The position numbers were made by a program, and so were the translations under genes. This document shows, piece after piece, positions 40,270 to 48,179 of a DNA stretch of 64,000 bases (position 1 is its first letter; each line of letters opens with the position of its first letter). Source of the DNA: an uncultured Acidobacteriaceae bacterium (lineage in GTDB: Bacteria > Acidobacteriota > Terriglobia > Terriglobales > Acidobacteriaceae). The stretch spans positions 266,337 through 330,336 of the forward strand of contig CAWKED010000003.1 in NCBI GenBank assembly GCA_963848685.1. Reading direction: 5' to 3'. The notes beneath the pieces were generated by a model that had not been told where the DNA came from, did no database searches, and saw nothing but the letters and a program-made list of their open reading frames with translations.

Positions 40270-40297
40270 TGTCATTCTGAGCGGAGCGAAGAACCTA
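40270..40297 (+). repeat. Palindromic repeat family, short divergent copy H (intergenic)
   Basis: tgtcattctgagcggagcgaagaacct. It shares the TGTCATTC head and a GAAC/GGAAYC-like tail, and lies 54 nt upstream of the GT39 start codon (40216). Confidence 0.4.
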
Positions 40298-40376
40298 TTC
40301 TCCCCGGGGGGTGGATGCATAGGCGGCAAAGGCAGCTTCTCCGCTGCGCTCGGATTGTCACGGCTAAACAACTACG

Positions 40377-40841
40377 ATGGAAGCCATGAACCCGCACCGC
40401 TACGAACTCACCATGGAATGGACCGGAAACCAGGGCCGGGGCACGGAAAAGTACGACGCCTACACGCGAAACTTCACCATCCGGGCGCAGGGCAAGCCTG
40501 ACCTTTTGGGTTCGGCCGACAAGACCTTTCGCGGCGACGCCGACCGTTATAACCCGGAAGAGATGCTGGTCATCGCTCTATCGAGCTGCCACATGCTGAG
40601 CTATCTGCATGTCTGCGCGACGAACGGCATTTCTGTGAATGCGTACACCGATCAGGCGAGCGGCTCGATGGTCCTGGAGCCGGGCGGCGCAGGGCACTTT
40701 ACCGAAGTCACGCTGCGGCCAGAGGTCACGCTTGCCGATGCATCGCAGCGTGCGAAGGCCAACGAGCTTCACCATGAAGCTCACGAAAAATGCTTCATCG
40801 CGAATTCGGTTAACTTTCCCGTCAACGTTGAGCCCGCCTGA
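40377..40841 (+). CDS. OsmC-family peroxiredoxin-like protein
   Basis: 154 aa. Contains NPEEMLVIALSSCHMLSYLHVCA and HEKCFIANS, the two conserved Cys contexts of OsmC/Ohr. The start could be the ATG at 40377 or 40386. Confidence 0.82.
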   Translation: MEAMNPHRYELTMEWTGNQGRGTEKYDAYTRNFTIRAQGKPDLLGSADKTFRGDADRYNPEEMLVIALSSCHMLSYLHVCATNGISVNAYTDQASGSMVLEPGGAGHFTEVTLRPEVTLADASQRAKANELHHEAHEKCFIANSVNFPVNVEPA

Positions 40842-41088
40842 AAAAATCTGCAGATTCTTGCCGCGAAATGTCATGTTTGTTCTCCCAATTCGCTAGCATG
40901 GAAATAGGACAACTTTCCCCGAACCATTTGCGGGCGGTCCTCCCCTGCGTCGAGCGCGAACTCCAACGGAATCAAATACCTACAACGGAAAACAGGCGGT
41001 TTAGCAGCTAAGTCCTTTCCTCCGTAGATGATACGCAAAACCCCCCCGGGGGAGGGGCTGGAGGCCCGCTCCGATAGCATGAAGAACG

Positions 41089-42558
41089 ATGACTGAAGTT
41101 CAGAAACCGCGCGTCCGTTTCGCGCCCTCCCCAACCGGATACCTGCACGTCGGCGGCGCCCGCACCGCGCTCTTCAACTGGCTGTTCGCCCGCCACTTCG
41201 GCGGAACGTTCATCCTCCGCATTGAAGACACCGACACGGCGCGCTCGACCACGGAGATGGTCGAAGGCATCCTTGACGGCATGCGTTGGATCGGGCTCGA
41301 CTTTGACGAAGGGCCGTTTTTCCAGTCGCAGCGCTATGACCTCCATTGCGAACTCGCCGGCAAAATGCTGGCGAGCGGACACGCGTACCAGTGCTTCTGC
41401 ACAAAGCAGCAGCTGGAAGAACGCCGCGCAGAAGCCGCCGAAGCGGGACGCGCGCCCATCTACGATCGCCGCTGCCGCGATATCGCGCGGGATACGACCC
41501 AGGCACGGCTCGACGCCGGCGAGAAAGCCGCCGTGCGGTTCGCCGTACCGACCAGCGGCGTCACCGCCTGGGATGACGCCGTCTTCGGCCGAATCGAGTT
41601 CGCGAATACCGAGATTGAAGATTTCGTTCTGCTGCGCTCCGACGGCGTTCCGACCTACCATCTGTCCGTTGTGGCCGACGATGCGGACATGAAGATGACG
41701 CACGTCATCCGCGGCGCCGACCACATCTCCAACACGCCGAAGCAGCTTCTCCAGTACGAAGCGCTCGGCCTGAAGGCGCCGGTGTTTGCGCACGTGCCGC
41801 TCATCCTTGGCCCCGACAAGACGCGCCTGTCCAAGCGCCACGGCGCGACCAGCGTCACCGCGTATCGCGACATGGGCATTGTCCCGGAGGCGTTCCGCAA
41901 CTTCCTGGCGCTGCTCGGATGGTCGCCGGGCCCAGGCGGCAAGGGCGAGGACGGCAAGGACCGGGAACTGTTCTCCAGCGAAGAGCTGCAGAGACTGTTC
42001 ACGCTCGCCGGCGTCTCGAAATCGAACGCCGTGTTCTCGAACGAGAAGCTCGCGTGGTTCAACACGGAATACATTCGCAGCTATCCGGCGGAAAAGCTGC
42101 TGCCGCTGGTCCGCGACGAATGGGCCCGCGCCGGATTTACCGTGTCGCTGACCGAGACGGAAATCCTGTCGCGTATCGAGCTGTTAAAGCAGCGCGCGCG
42201 CAGCCTTGCGGATTTTGCCACGGCGTTCCGCGGCTACTTCGCCGACGACTATCCATTCGATCCGGCCGCGGTCGCGAAGTTCCTGGCCGAGCCGGCGACG
42301 CGCGAGCAGCTTGTGCGTCTGTCAGCGTTGTATTCGGCCGCTCCGGAATTTACCGAGGCTTCGACAGAGGAAGTCTTACGGAGCTACGCGGCAGAAGTCG
42401 GCGTAAAACCCGGCGTGCTGATTAACGGCGCGCGCGTTGCGCTGACCGGCCAGGGAGTTGCGCCGAGCCTGTTTGCCGTGATGGCCGCGCTTGGACGCGA
42501 GCGCACGGTCGCGCGACTGGCCGCGGCAGACAGAATTCCTACTGCGCCGTCAGCTTGA
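41089..42558 (+). CDS. gltX: Glutamate--tRNA ligase
   Basis: 489 aa. VRFAPSPTGYLHVGGARTALFNWLFARHFGGTFILRIEDTD (HIGH region). PTYHLSVVADDADMKMTHVIRGADHISNTPKQ. RLSKRHG (KMSKS-type). Confidence 0.94.
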   Translation: MTEVQKPRVRFAPSPTGYLHVGGARTALFNWLFARHFGGTFILRIEDTDTARSTTEMVEGILDGMRWIGLDFDEGPFFQSQRYDLHCELAGKMLASGHAYQCFCTKQQLEERRAEAAEAGRAPIYDRRCRDIARDTTQARLDAGEKAAVRFAVPTSGVTAWDDAVFGRIEFANTEIEDFVLLRSDGVPTYHLSVVADDADMKMTHVIRGADHISNTPKQLLQYEALGLKAPVFAHVPLILGPDKTRLSKRHGATSVTAYRDMGIVPEAFRNFLALLGWSPGPGGKGEDGKDRELFSSEELQRLFTLAGVSKSNAVFSNEKLAWFNTEYIRSYPAEKLLPLVRDEWARAGFTVSLTETEILSRIELLKQRARSLADFATAFRGYFADDYPFDPAAVAKFLAEPATREQLVRLSALYSAAPEFTEASTEEVLRSYAAEVGVKPGVLINGARVALTGQGVAPSLFAVMAALGRERTVARLAAADRIPTAPSA

Positions 42559-43054
42559 CTGAGACCGGCAGATCGCGCGGCGGATAACAGGTGCGGTTGT
42601 CGCACGCCTGGTAATGCAGCACCGCGTTCAGCACGTGTTCGCCAGGCGTAGTGCGAAGATGCGCCGTGATGGTGAACTCGCCCGAGTAAACGCTGAGCTT
42701 CGTCTTCGGGTCGAATGCGAAGGCATAATCTTCGCCCGGCGGAAAGTCCACCGCGCGCACAGTAATGCCGCCCTGCGCGACCGTCGCCAGCCGCGTGGCG
42801 ATCAGTTCCGGCTGGCGCGGCGTGTGGCTGTTGATGTGGAATCCCTCCGGGATGGAGAAGTGCAAAGGCACTTCGACCTGCGCGTTCGCCCGGATGGCTT
42901 GTTGCGGAGGCCCGGCGAAGCTGACGCGCGGCGCCTGGTGTTGCGGGCCGGGTCCATCCTGCGGCCATGCTGTTTCGCCATGCAGAAAGGCGGTCTTCGC
43001 CCCGGCCGGAAAGGCAAGAACAAACAACAGCGCAGCAACGAAGGGCCGCATCAT
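42539..43054 (-). CDS. DsbD N-terminal (DsbD-alpha / 'DsbC' PF11412-like) domain protein, secreted
   Basis: 171 aa. Signal peptide MMRPFVAALLFVLAFPAGA. Immunoglobulin-like body ending in LNAVLHYQACDNRTCYPPRDLPVSV, the typical C-terminal Cys-x3-Cys segment of this domain. The start overlaps the upstream gene stop by 4 nt. Confidence 0.65.
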   Translation of the reverse strand: MMRPFVAALLFVLAFPAGAKTAFLHGETAWPQDGPGPQHQAPRVSFAGPPQQAIRANAQVEVPLHFSIPEGFHINSHTPRQPELIATRLATVAQGGITVRAVDFPPGEDYAFAFDPKTKLSVYSGEFTITAHLRTTPGEHVLNAVLHYQACDNRTCYPPRDLPVSVKLTAQ

Positions 43055-43686
43055 GCGCCGCTTCCTAGCGCCTTCTTGACGTTGGCTTCCATCTCATCGC
43101 GCGTGTAAAGTCCGCGCGTCACGGCAACCACTTTGCCGTCGCGGCCAATGTAGAAGGACGTCGGCAGCGCATCAAGACCGCCCCATTGTTTAGCAACAGA
43201 TTCGCCGCCGACGAGAACCGGGTAATCAATATGAAGCTGCTGCGCGGACCGTTGGATTTCGGCGTTGGTCGTCCCGGGATCGTCCGCCGAAACGCCCAAT
43301 ACCGCAAAACCCTGCGGCCCGTACTGATGGCTCAGCGCAACAATCCACGGAGTCTCAATCTTGCAGGGCGCGCACCACGTTGCCCAGAAGTTGACCAGGA
43401 CGGCCTTGCCGCGGAGATCACTCAGCCTGACGGGTTTGCCATCCAGGTCCTTGAGTTGCAGCTGCGGCGCCGGCTTCCCGCGAAAGTCCGGCATGTCGGG
43501 CATTCCGGGTGCATCGTCTTCCTGGACAACTCCGGCTGTCTCGCCCGGCCGGGCGGGAATCAGGGTGACGCGTTGCGGCCGCTCGAGTTCGGCCAGCTTT
43601 CGGCTGCGGTAGGTGACAACGGCGGAGGAGATCAGCGCGGCCATAACGGCGGCCACGAACAGCAGCATAAGGATGTTGCGCTTCAC
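43051..43686 (-). CDS. TlpA/ResA-family periplasmic thiol:disulfide oxidoreductase (membrane-anchored thioredoxin)
   Basis: 211 aa. N-terminal anchor MKRNILMLLFVAAVMAALISSAVV. VLVNFWATWCAPCKIETP (CxxC thioredoxin fold). Confidence 0.85.
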   Translation of the reverse strand: MKRNILMLLFVAAVMAALISSAVVTYRSRKLAELERPQRVTLIPARPGETAGVVQEDDAPGMPDMPDFRGKPAPQLQLKDLDGKPVRLSDLRGKAVLVNFWATWCAPCKIETPWIVALSHQYGPQGFAVLGVSADDPGTTNAEIQRSAQQLHIDYPVLVGGESVAKQWGGLDALPTSFYIGRDGKVVAVTRGLYTRDEMEANVKKALGSGA

Positions 43687-43756
43687 GCTTCCATTCTATT
43701 TGCCGGGCCGCGGTTTGCATTTGGCGGCCCGCAGTTCTGCTAGGCTGAGCGGTTGC

Positions 43757-44737
43757 ATGCAGCGTGACAATCCAAGCTGGTTTGTTCGCGTCGAAGCGCA
43801 GGCGCTGGCTGCGCTTGCGGACCGTCTTGACGGCCCGATGCAAGCGCAATTCGCCCGGGCTGTCGAGTTGCTGCTCGAAGCCGGTGAGCGCAAGTCGCGC
43901 GTTGTTGTGACCGGCATGGGAAAGAGCGGCATCGTCGCGCAGAAAATTGCAGCCACCCTGAGCTCCACCGGCTCGCCGGCGATGTTCCTGCACCCGGTCG
44001 AAGCGGTGCATGGCGACCTCGGCGCGCTGACTGAGGGCGATGTCGTCATCGTGCTCTCGGCCAGCGGGGAAACGGAAGAGCTCCTCCGGCTGCTCGCACA
44101 CCTCAAGCGCATTGGTGACGCGCTGATCAGCTTCTGCTGCGATGTAAGGTCCACTCTGGGGCAGGCATCGGATGTGGTGCTGGATTGCAGTGTTGCCGAG
44201 GAAGCGTGCTCGCTGAACCTTGCGCCGACGGCCTCGACGACGGTCATGCTAGCGCTGGGTGACGCGCTGGCGATGGCTGTAGCCGAGCGGCGCGGCTTTG
44301 CTCCGGAGGATTTCGCGCGGCTGCATCCGGGCGGCAAGCTGGGAAAGAAGCTGGCGCGTGTCGAGGAGCTGATGCACACCGGCGACGCCGTGCCGCGGGT
44401 GGCGCCGGACGCCGCCATGCCCGACGTGATTTACGAGATGAGCCGCAAGAAGCTGGGCGTAACGACTGTGTGTGACGCGGATGGCAAGCTGCTGGGTATT
44501 CTCAGCGACGGCGACCTGCGCCGCCTGCTGGAATCGCGCGGCGCTGCAACCCTGGAACTGAAGGCCGCGGACGCCATGCATGGCAACCCGCTTACGACCC
44601 ATCCCGGCGCCATGGGGGCAGAGGCACTGCACACGATGGAAGAGCGCCGCATCACTTCGCTGGTCGTGGTGGACGAGCAGCAGAGGGTCGCCGGGCTGCT
44701 GCACCTGCACGATCTGTGGAAGACGGAGCTGTTCTAG
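43757..44737 (+). CDS. kdsD: Arabinose-5-phosphate isomerase (KpsF/GutQ/KdsD family: SIS domain plus two CBS domains)
   Basis: The likely start is the ATG at 43757 (the track ORF begins at 43613, overlapping the divergent gene). VVVTGMGKSGIVAQKIAATLSSTGSPAMFLHPVEAVHGDLG (SIS). HPGGKLG. CBS pair (VTTVCDADGKLLGILSDGDLRR; SLVVVDEQQRVAGLLHLHDL). Confidence 0.9.
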   Translation: MQRDNPSWFVRVEAQALAALADRLDGPMQAQFARAVELLLEAGERKSRVVVTGMGKSGIVAQKIAATLSSTGSPAMFLHPVEAVHGDLGALTEGDVVIVLSASGETEELLRLLAHLKRIGDALISFCCDVRSTLGQASDVVLDCSVAEEACSLNLAPTASTTVMLALGDALAMAVAERRGFAPEDFARLHPGGKLGKKLARVEELMHTGDAVPRVAPDAAMPDVIYEMSRKKLGVTTVCDADGKLLGILSDGDLRRLLESRGAATLELKAADAMHGNPLTTHPGAMGAEALHTMEERRITSLVVVDEQQRVAGLLHLHDLWKTELF

Positions 44738-45090
44738 CGTGCGGCGTTGTCTTGCAGGGCCTGTTCGACGTCCGGGTACATCTTGATAATGGTCTGGACG
44801 CGAGTCAGTTCGAACAGGGCGCGAACGCGCTCGCTCACCCCGGACACGACGACCTTGCGGCCTGCCTTTTCGGCCGACACATAGCCGTTCAGGATTGCGC
44901 CCATGCCTGAGGAATCCATATAGGGCACAGCACTCAGGTCAATGACGGTGAGCGGGGTGGTCTGCTCGCGGAGGGCAGTCTGCAACTGGAACATTCCCGC
45001 GATGACGAGCGGGCCTTCCAGCTCAAGAACTGTGGCGTAGTGTTCAGCGTCGGGCCGGACAGTCAATGAAAACGGAGCGTCTTGCATCAT
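44734..45090 (-). CDS. STAS-domain protein (anti-sigma-factor antagonist, SpoIIAA/RsbV-like)
   Basis: The track ORF starts at a TTG at 45120. The more likely start is the ATG at 45090, preceded by ggggga. LELEGPLVIAGMFQLQTAL...VIDLSAVPYMDSSGMGAILNGYVSAEKAGRKVVVSGVSERVRALFELTRV carries the DSSG phospho-Ser context. Confidence 0.78.
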   Translation of the reverse strand: MMQDAPFSLTVRPDAEHYATVLELEGPLVIAGMFQLQTALREQTTPLTVIDLSAVPYMDSSGMGAILNGYVSAEKAGRKVVVSGVSERVRALFELTRVQTIIKMYPDVEQALQDNAAR

Positions 45091-45144
45091 CAGCAGTATC
45101 CCCCGAATGAGCGGCGACAATTGTTGCAGCCCCGTGAAAATGCA

Positions 45145-45486
45145 CTAGACGGCGGACTTCTCCGCGGATTTGAGGTCCGGCTGCACCTCGAGGATGGTAT
45201 CGGCCCGGGTCAGCTTGAGGAGCGCGGCGACCCGCTGGTTCAGGTGAATGAGCACGACCCGCCGGCCAAACGGCAACTGCTGCCTGTACAGCTGGATCAC
45301 CGCACCGAGGCCGGCAGAGTCCATGTAGCTGACTTCCGTAAAGTCCAGAACGATGAGCTTCGCATCAACGGCGCGCACGCGTTCCTGGAAAACAGGGACA
45401 TGGGCAATCAGCAGCGGCCCGTGCAGCTTGAGCACCAGAGTGTCCTTGGAGATGGCGTTCGATTGCGTAATCGTGAATCCAGACAT
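45145..45486 (-). CDS. STAS-domain protein (anti-sigma-factor antagonist)
   Basis: 113 aa. LKLHGPLLIAHVPVFQERV...VLDFTEVSYMDSAGLGAVIQLYRQQLPFGRRVVLIHLNQRVAALLKLTRAD. Confidence 0.78.
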   Translation of the reverse strand: MSGFTITQSNAISKDTLVLKLHGPLLIAHVPVFQERVRAVDAKLIVLDFTEVSYMDSAGLGAVIQLYRQQLPFGRRVVLIHLNQRVAALLKLTRADTILEVQPDLKSAEKSAV

Positions 45487-45832
45487 GCAGTAGAGAGTGT
45501 AGCGAAACCGCTAACCCCGCGCAGGGGGAAGTGTTTGGGCCGCCCCGGAAGGAACGAATGTGGCCGGATGGCCCAGGTTGGCTGCCAGTCACCGTCGCGC
45601 GCGGCAGAAAAGCCGATATCTATCTGCGCAACAATGGCAGGCCATCCAGTTGACTGCGGGCCATTAGCCGCCGAGTTAGCCCTGCAGTTACCAGGATAGA
45701 TTGTGCGCGCCGGCTGCAATTTTGTCTTGGAAAGACGCCTGCTTGCGTGTACAAGTGGGCGCACCCCGCAATCGGACAACTGCATGGCAACTTTGCCTTC
45801 CGGGCAGGAAGGTCCTTGAAAGGCAGGACTTC

Positions 45833-48109
45833 ATGACTGCTTCCCGTTTCTCCGTGCGTTCTTTCTCTGCTTCTCTGGTATTCGCGCTCTCGCTGGGCGC
45901 CGTTGCGCAAAGCGCTGACGACAAGCCAAAGATTGCGCTTAACTCGAGCAACACAATCCAGCTGCGAGGCAAAGCCACGGTGCAGGAGAGCGTGCAAAGC
46001 TGCATCGCGGTCGAAGCGGTGCTGTTGTCGCGAAAGCCCGTCATGGCGATGTTCAGCGGGTATGTCGCGGATAACTATGCGGTCGTGCAGGTAACGATTT
46101 CGAATAAGTGTTCGGACCAGCAGTTCTTGCTGCATGATATTTTCTTTGATTATTCGAATTGGTCTTTGAGCGGGGTATTCAAGGGATTCACGACCGTCGA
46201 GTGTGGCACCCGGCCCTCGACCCCGAAGCAGGATCAGACTGTCACGACGCAAAAACCGCCTGCCAAGACCTCTCCTGGCTCAGATGCGGCGACGCAGAAC
46301 GCAGCAAGCAACAATGAAGGTGCCCCATCCGACACGAGTGTGCCGCCGCCGCCGCTCGACCCGAACAACGACTGCTTGTTTCAGAAGGGCACGCGGCCGG
46401 GACAGGTTGCGACTGTGGGCGCGCTTGACATCCAGCAGCAACTGCAGGAAGCGTCCATATTTTCCCCGCGCAACTTAACAATCAACAGCCTCGAGATACT
46501 CACGTCAACGGCGCAGGCCTTCGCCTTTCCGTTCACGGGGGACGTCTCTAAAGGAGTCGGGGCATTTAATACCGGGTTAGTCACGCCGCTCGGCAAGTGG
46601 TGGAAAGACCGCAGCATCGACCAGTCGAACTACATTTTGAAGCGTGGCTATCGGACCGACCAGACCACGGCAATCGCGAAAGACGATCACGGGTCGTTCT
46701 ACGCTTTCTTTCCACTGAACACATTTCTGGTGCCTGACTTGAAAGCCCTCTTCCAAAAGAGTCCTGCCATATTTCTAACTCCCGGCGAGGTTGCGTTTTC
46801 CAATCAGCTGGATGGGGCGTTCAAAGAAAGGGACGCTGACAAAGGAGGACAAGGAGCGCTCCGCGCCAAGCTGCTCACGCTGGCACGCACCATCGTTCCT
46901 AACGCGGAATGGAGCGACATTCTGATGGCGGTAAGTTCGCCGTGTGTACCGGATGACGCTAAAGATTCAAAAACTGCGGAGACAGACGGCTGCTTAATGA
47001 GCAACGGGGCTCCGCTGCAAATGCCGGTTCCGACCAAAGAACCACCATATCCTGCGTCTCCCCAGATATTGCCGGTCGCCGGATCTTCCGGACAGGGCAT
47101 GACGTTCGCGCAAGTTATTGCGCTGAAATATTTCTTCGCGCACGCCAGCCTGAATTCCGTGCAGATTGTCGCGCGCGGCGTTATGACGATGGATGTCAGC
47201 GCCATCCCGCCGACCATCGACACGGTGACCTTTGAGAACGAATCCAAAGGAGCCAGCCTGTGGACCGGCGGTAAGAAGCCGGCATCCAGTCCCGAAGCCG
47301 CCAGGAAGGGTTCCGGCAGCGGCACCAAGGCTGACAGCGCGAAGGCAGACGACGACAGCCCCGCCGCCGCCCAGGACAGTACAGAGATGACCGGCACAAT
47401 TACCGGCAAGTTTCTCCAGGGAGGCGTTCCGGCCATCGGTCCGCCGGTGTTACCGAAAACGAGCACCGGGAAGACGGCACCAAAATTCAGCGGCCTGACC
47501 GTGGACAAGACCAAAGCTACCGACACGTCCATGCCTTTCAAGGTGACGCGCGTGGGTGATACGCCGAACGGGACCAAGCTGCCGTTCACGGTTTCGCGTA
47601 CGTCCACAAATCAGGACAGCGGCAGCGACGACGCGGGTCCAAAAACTGAAGTCACGAGCAACAAGTACGACTACACAGTGAGTTATGAGTCAGGACCGAA
47701 GATAACCAAAGTCGCGATTGAGGATGAAAGCACGGCCTGGTACAAGACAGGCACAATCGCGGGGACGATTACGGGAACGGACCTCTCCGGCACGGAGCTT
47801 CCCGATGTCACGATTTCGCTCGCGACTCTGACGATTGGCGGCAAGCCGGCGACGCTGGATGACTATATTTCCGCTGGAAAGGTGACACTCACGAGCGATT
47901 CCGACGATTCCAGACTGGATTTCAACTTCAAGCTGGCCAAGGCAGTGGAGTCCGGCAAGCTGGTCACGCTGGACTTCACGGTGACGACCAAGTCCGGCAA
48001 GGATTCGAGCGAATACAAGCAAGCCGCACCGGCAACGCCGGCGAAGAAAACTCCGGCGACCAAGAGCAAGAAGGCCGCCGCCGCGAAGGGCAAAGCAACC
48101 GGCAAATAG
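45833..48109 (+). CDS. Hypothetical secreted protein (orphan), Ig-like C-terminal modules and Lys/Ala-rich histone-H1-like tail
   Basis: The likely start is the ATG at 45833 (the track ORF begins at 45701). Signal peptide MTASRFSVRSFSASLVFALSLGAVAQS. No family motif recognised. Low-complexity linkers (PPAKTSPGSDAATQNAASNNEGAPSDTSVPPPP). C-terminal repeats (TGTITGKFLQGG / TIAGTITGTDLSG). The tail is PATPAKKTPATKSKKAAAAKGKATGK. The DNA is visibly more AT-rich than its neighbours. Confidence 0.62.
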   Translation: MTASRFSVRSFSASLVFALSLGAVAQSADDKPKIALNSSNTIQLRGKATVQESVQSCIAVEAVLLSRKPVMAMFSGYVADNYAVVQVTISNKCSDQQFLLHDIFFDYSNWSLSGVFKGFTTVECGTRPSTPKQDQTVTTQKPPAKTSPGSDAATQNAASNNEGAPSDTSVPPPPLDPNNDCLFQKGTRPGQVATVGALDIQQQLQEASIFSPRNLTINSLEILTSTAQAFAFPFTGDVSKGVGAFNTGLVTPLGKWWKDRSIDQSNYILKRGYRTDQTTAIAKDDHGSFYAFFPLNTFLVPDLKALFQKSPAIFLTPGEVAFSNQLDGAFKERDADKGGQGALRAKLLTLARTIVPNAEWSDILMAVSSPCVPDDAKDSKTAETDGCLMSNGAPLQMPVPTKEPPYPASPQILPVAGSSGQGMTFAQVIALKYFFAHASLNSVQIVARGVMTMDVSAIPPTIDTVTFENESKGASLWTGGKKPASSPEAARKGSGSGTKADSAKADDDSPAAAQDSTEMTGTITGKFLQGGVPAIGPPVLPKTSTGKTAPKFSGLTVDKTKATDTSMPFKVTRVGDTPNGTKLPFTVSRTSTNQDSGSDDAGPKTEVTSNKYDYTVSYESGPKITKVAIEDESTAWYKTGTIAGTITGTDLSGTELPDVTISLATLTIGGKPATLDDYISAGKVTLTSDSDDSRLDFNFKLAKAVESGKLVTLDFTVTTKSGKDSSEYKQAAPATPAKKTPATKSKKAAAAKGKATGK

Positions 48110-48179
48110 GCTTGAGCGAACAGGCGGATACGGGCCGGCCCCGCTCGCCTGGGAGATTCATCATTAGAATGAAGTTCTT

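Noticed and set aside
35833-40501. ORFs 35833-36864 (-), 37687-38226 (-), 38478-39116 (-) and 39482-40501 (+)
   Set aside because: They are shadow or alternative-frame ORFs within the CEMIP-like and GT39 genes. The 37687-38226 and 39482-40501 ORFs also read through repeat-element copies, which explains their recurring peptide motifs.
41041-41080. ggggctg... string resembling the 5' end of tmRNA just upstream of gltX
   Set aside because: Only about 40 nt remain before the gltX start codon. There is no tRNA-like 3' end or tag reading frame, so the resemblance is coincidental.
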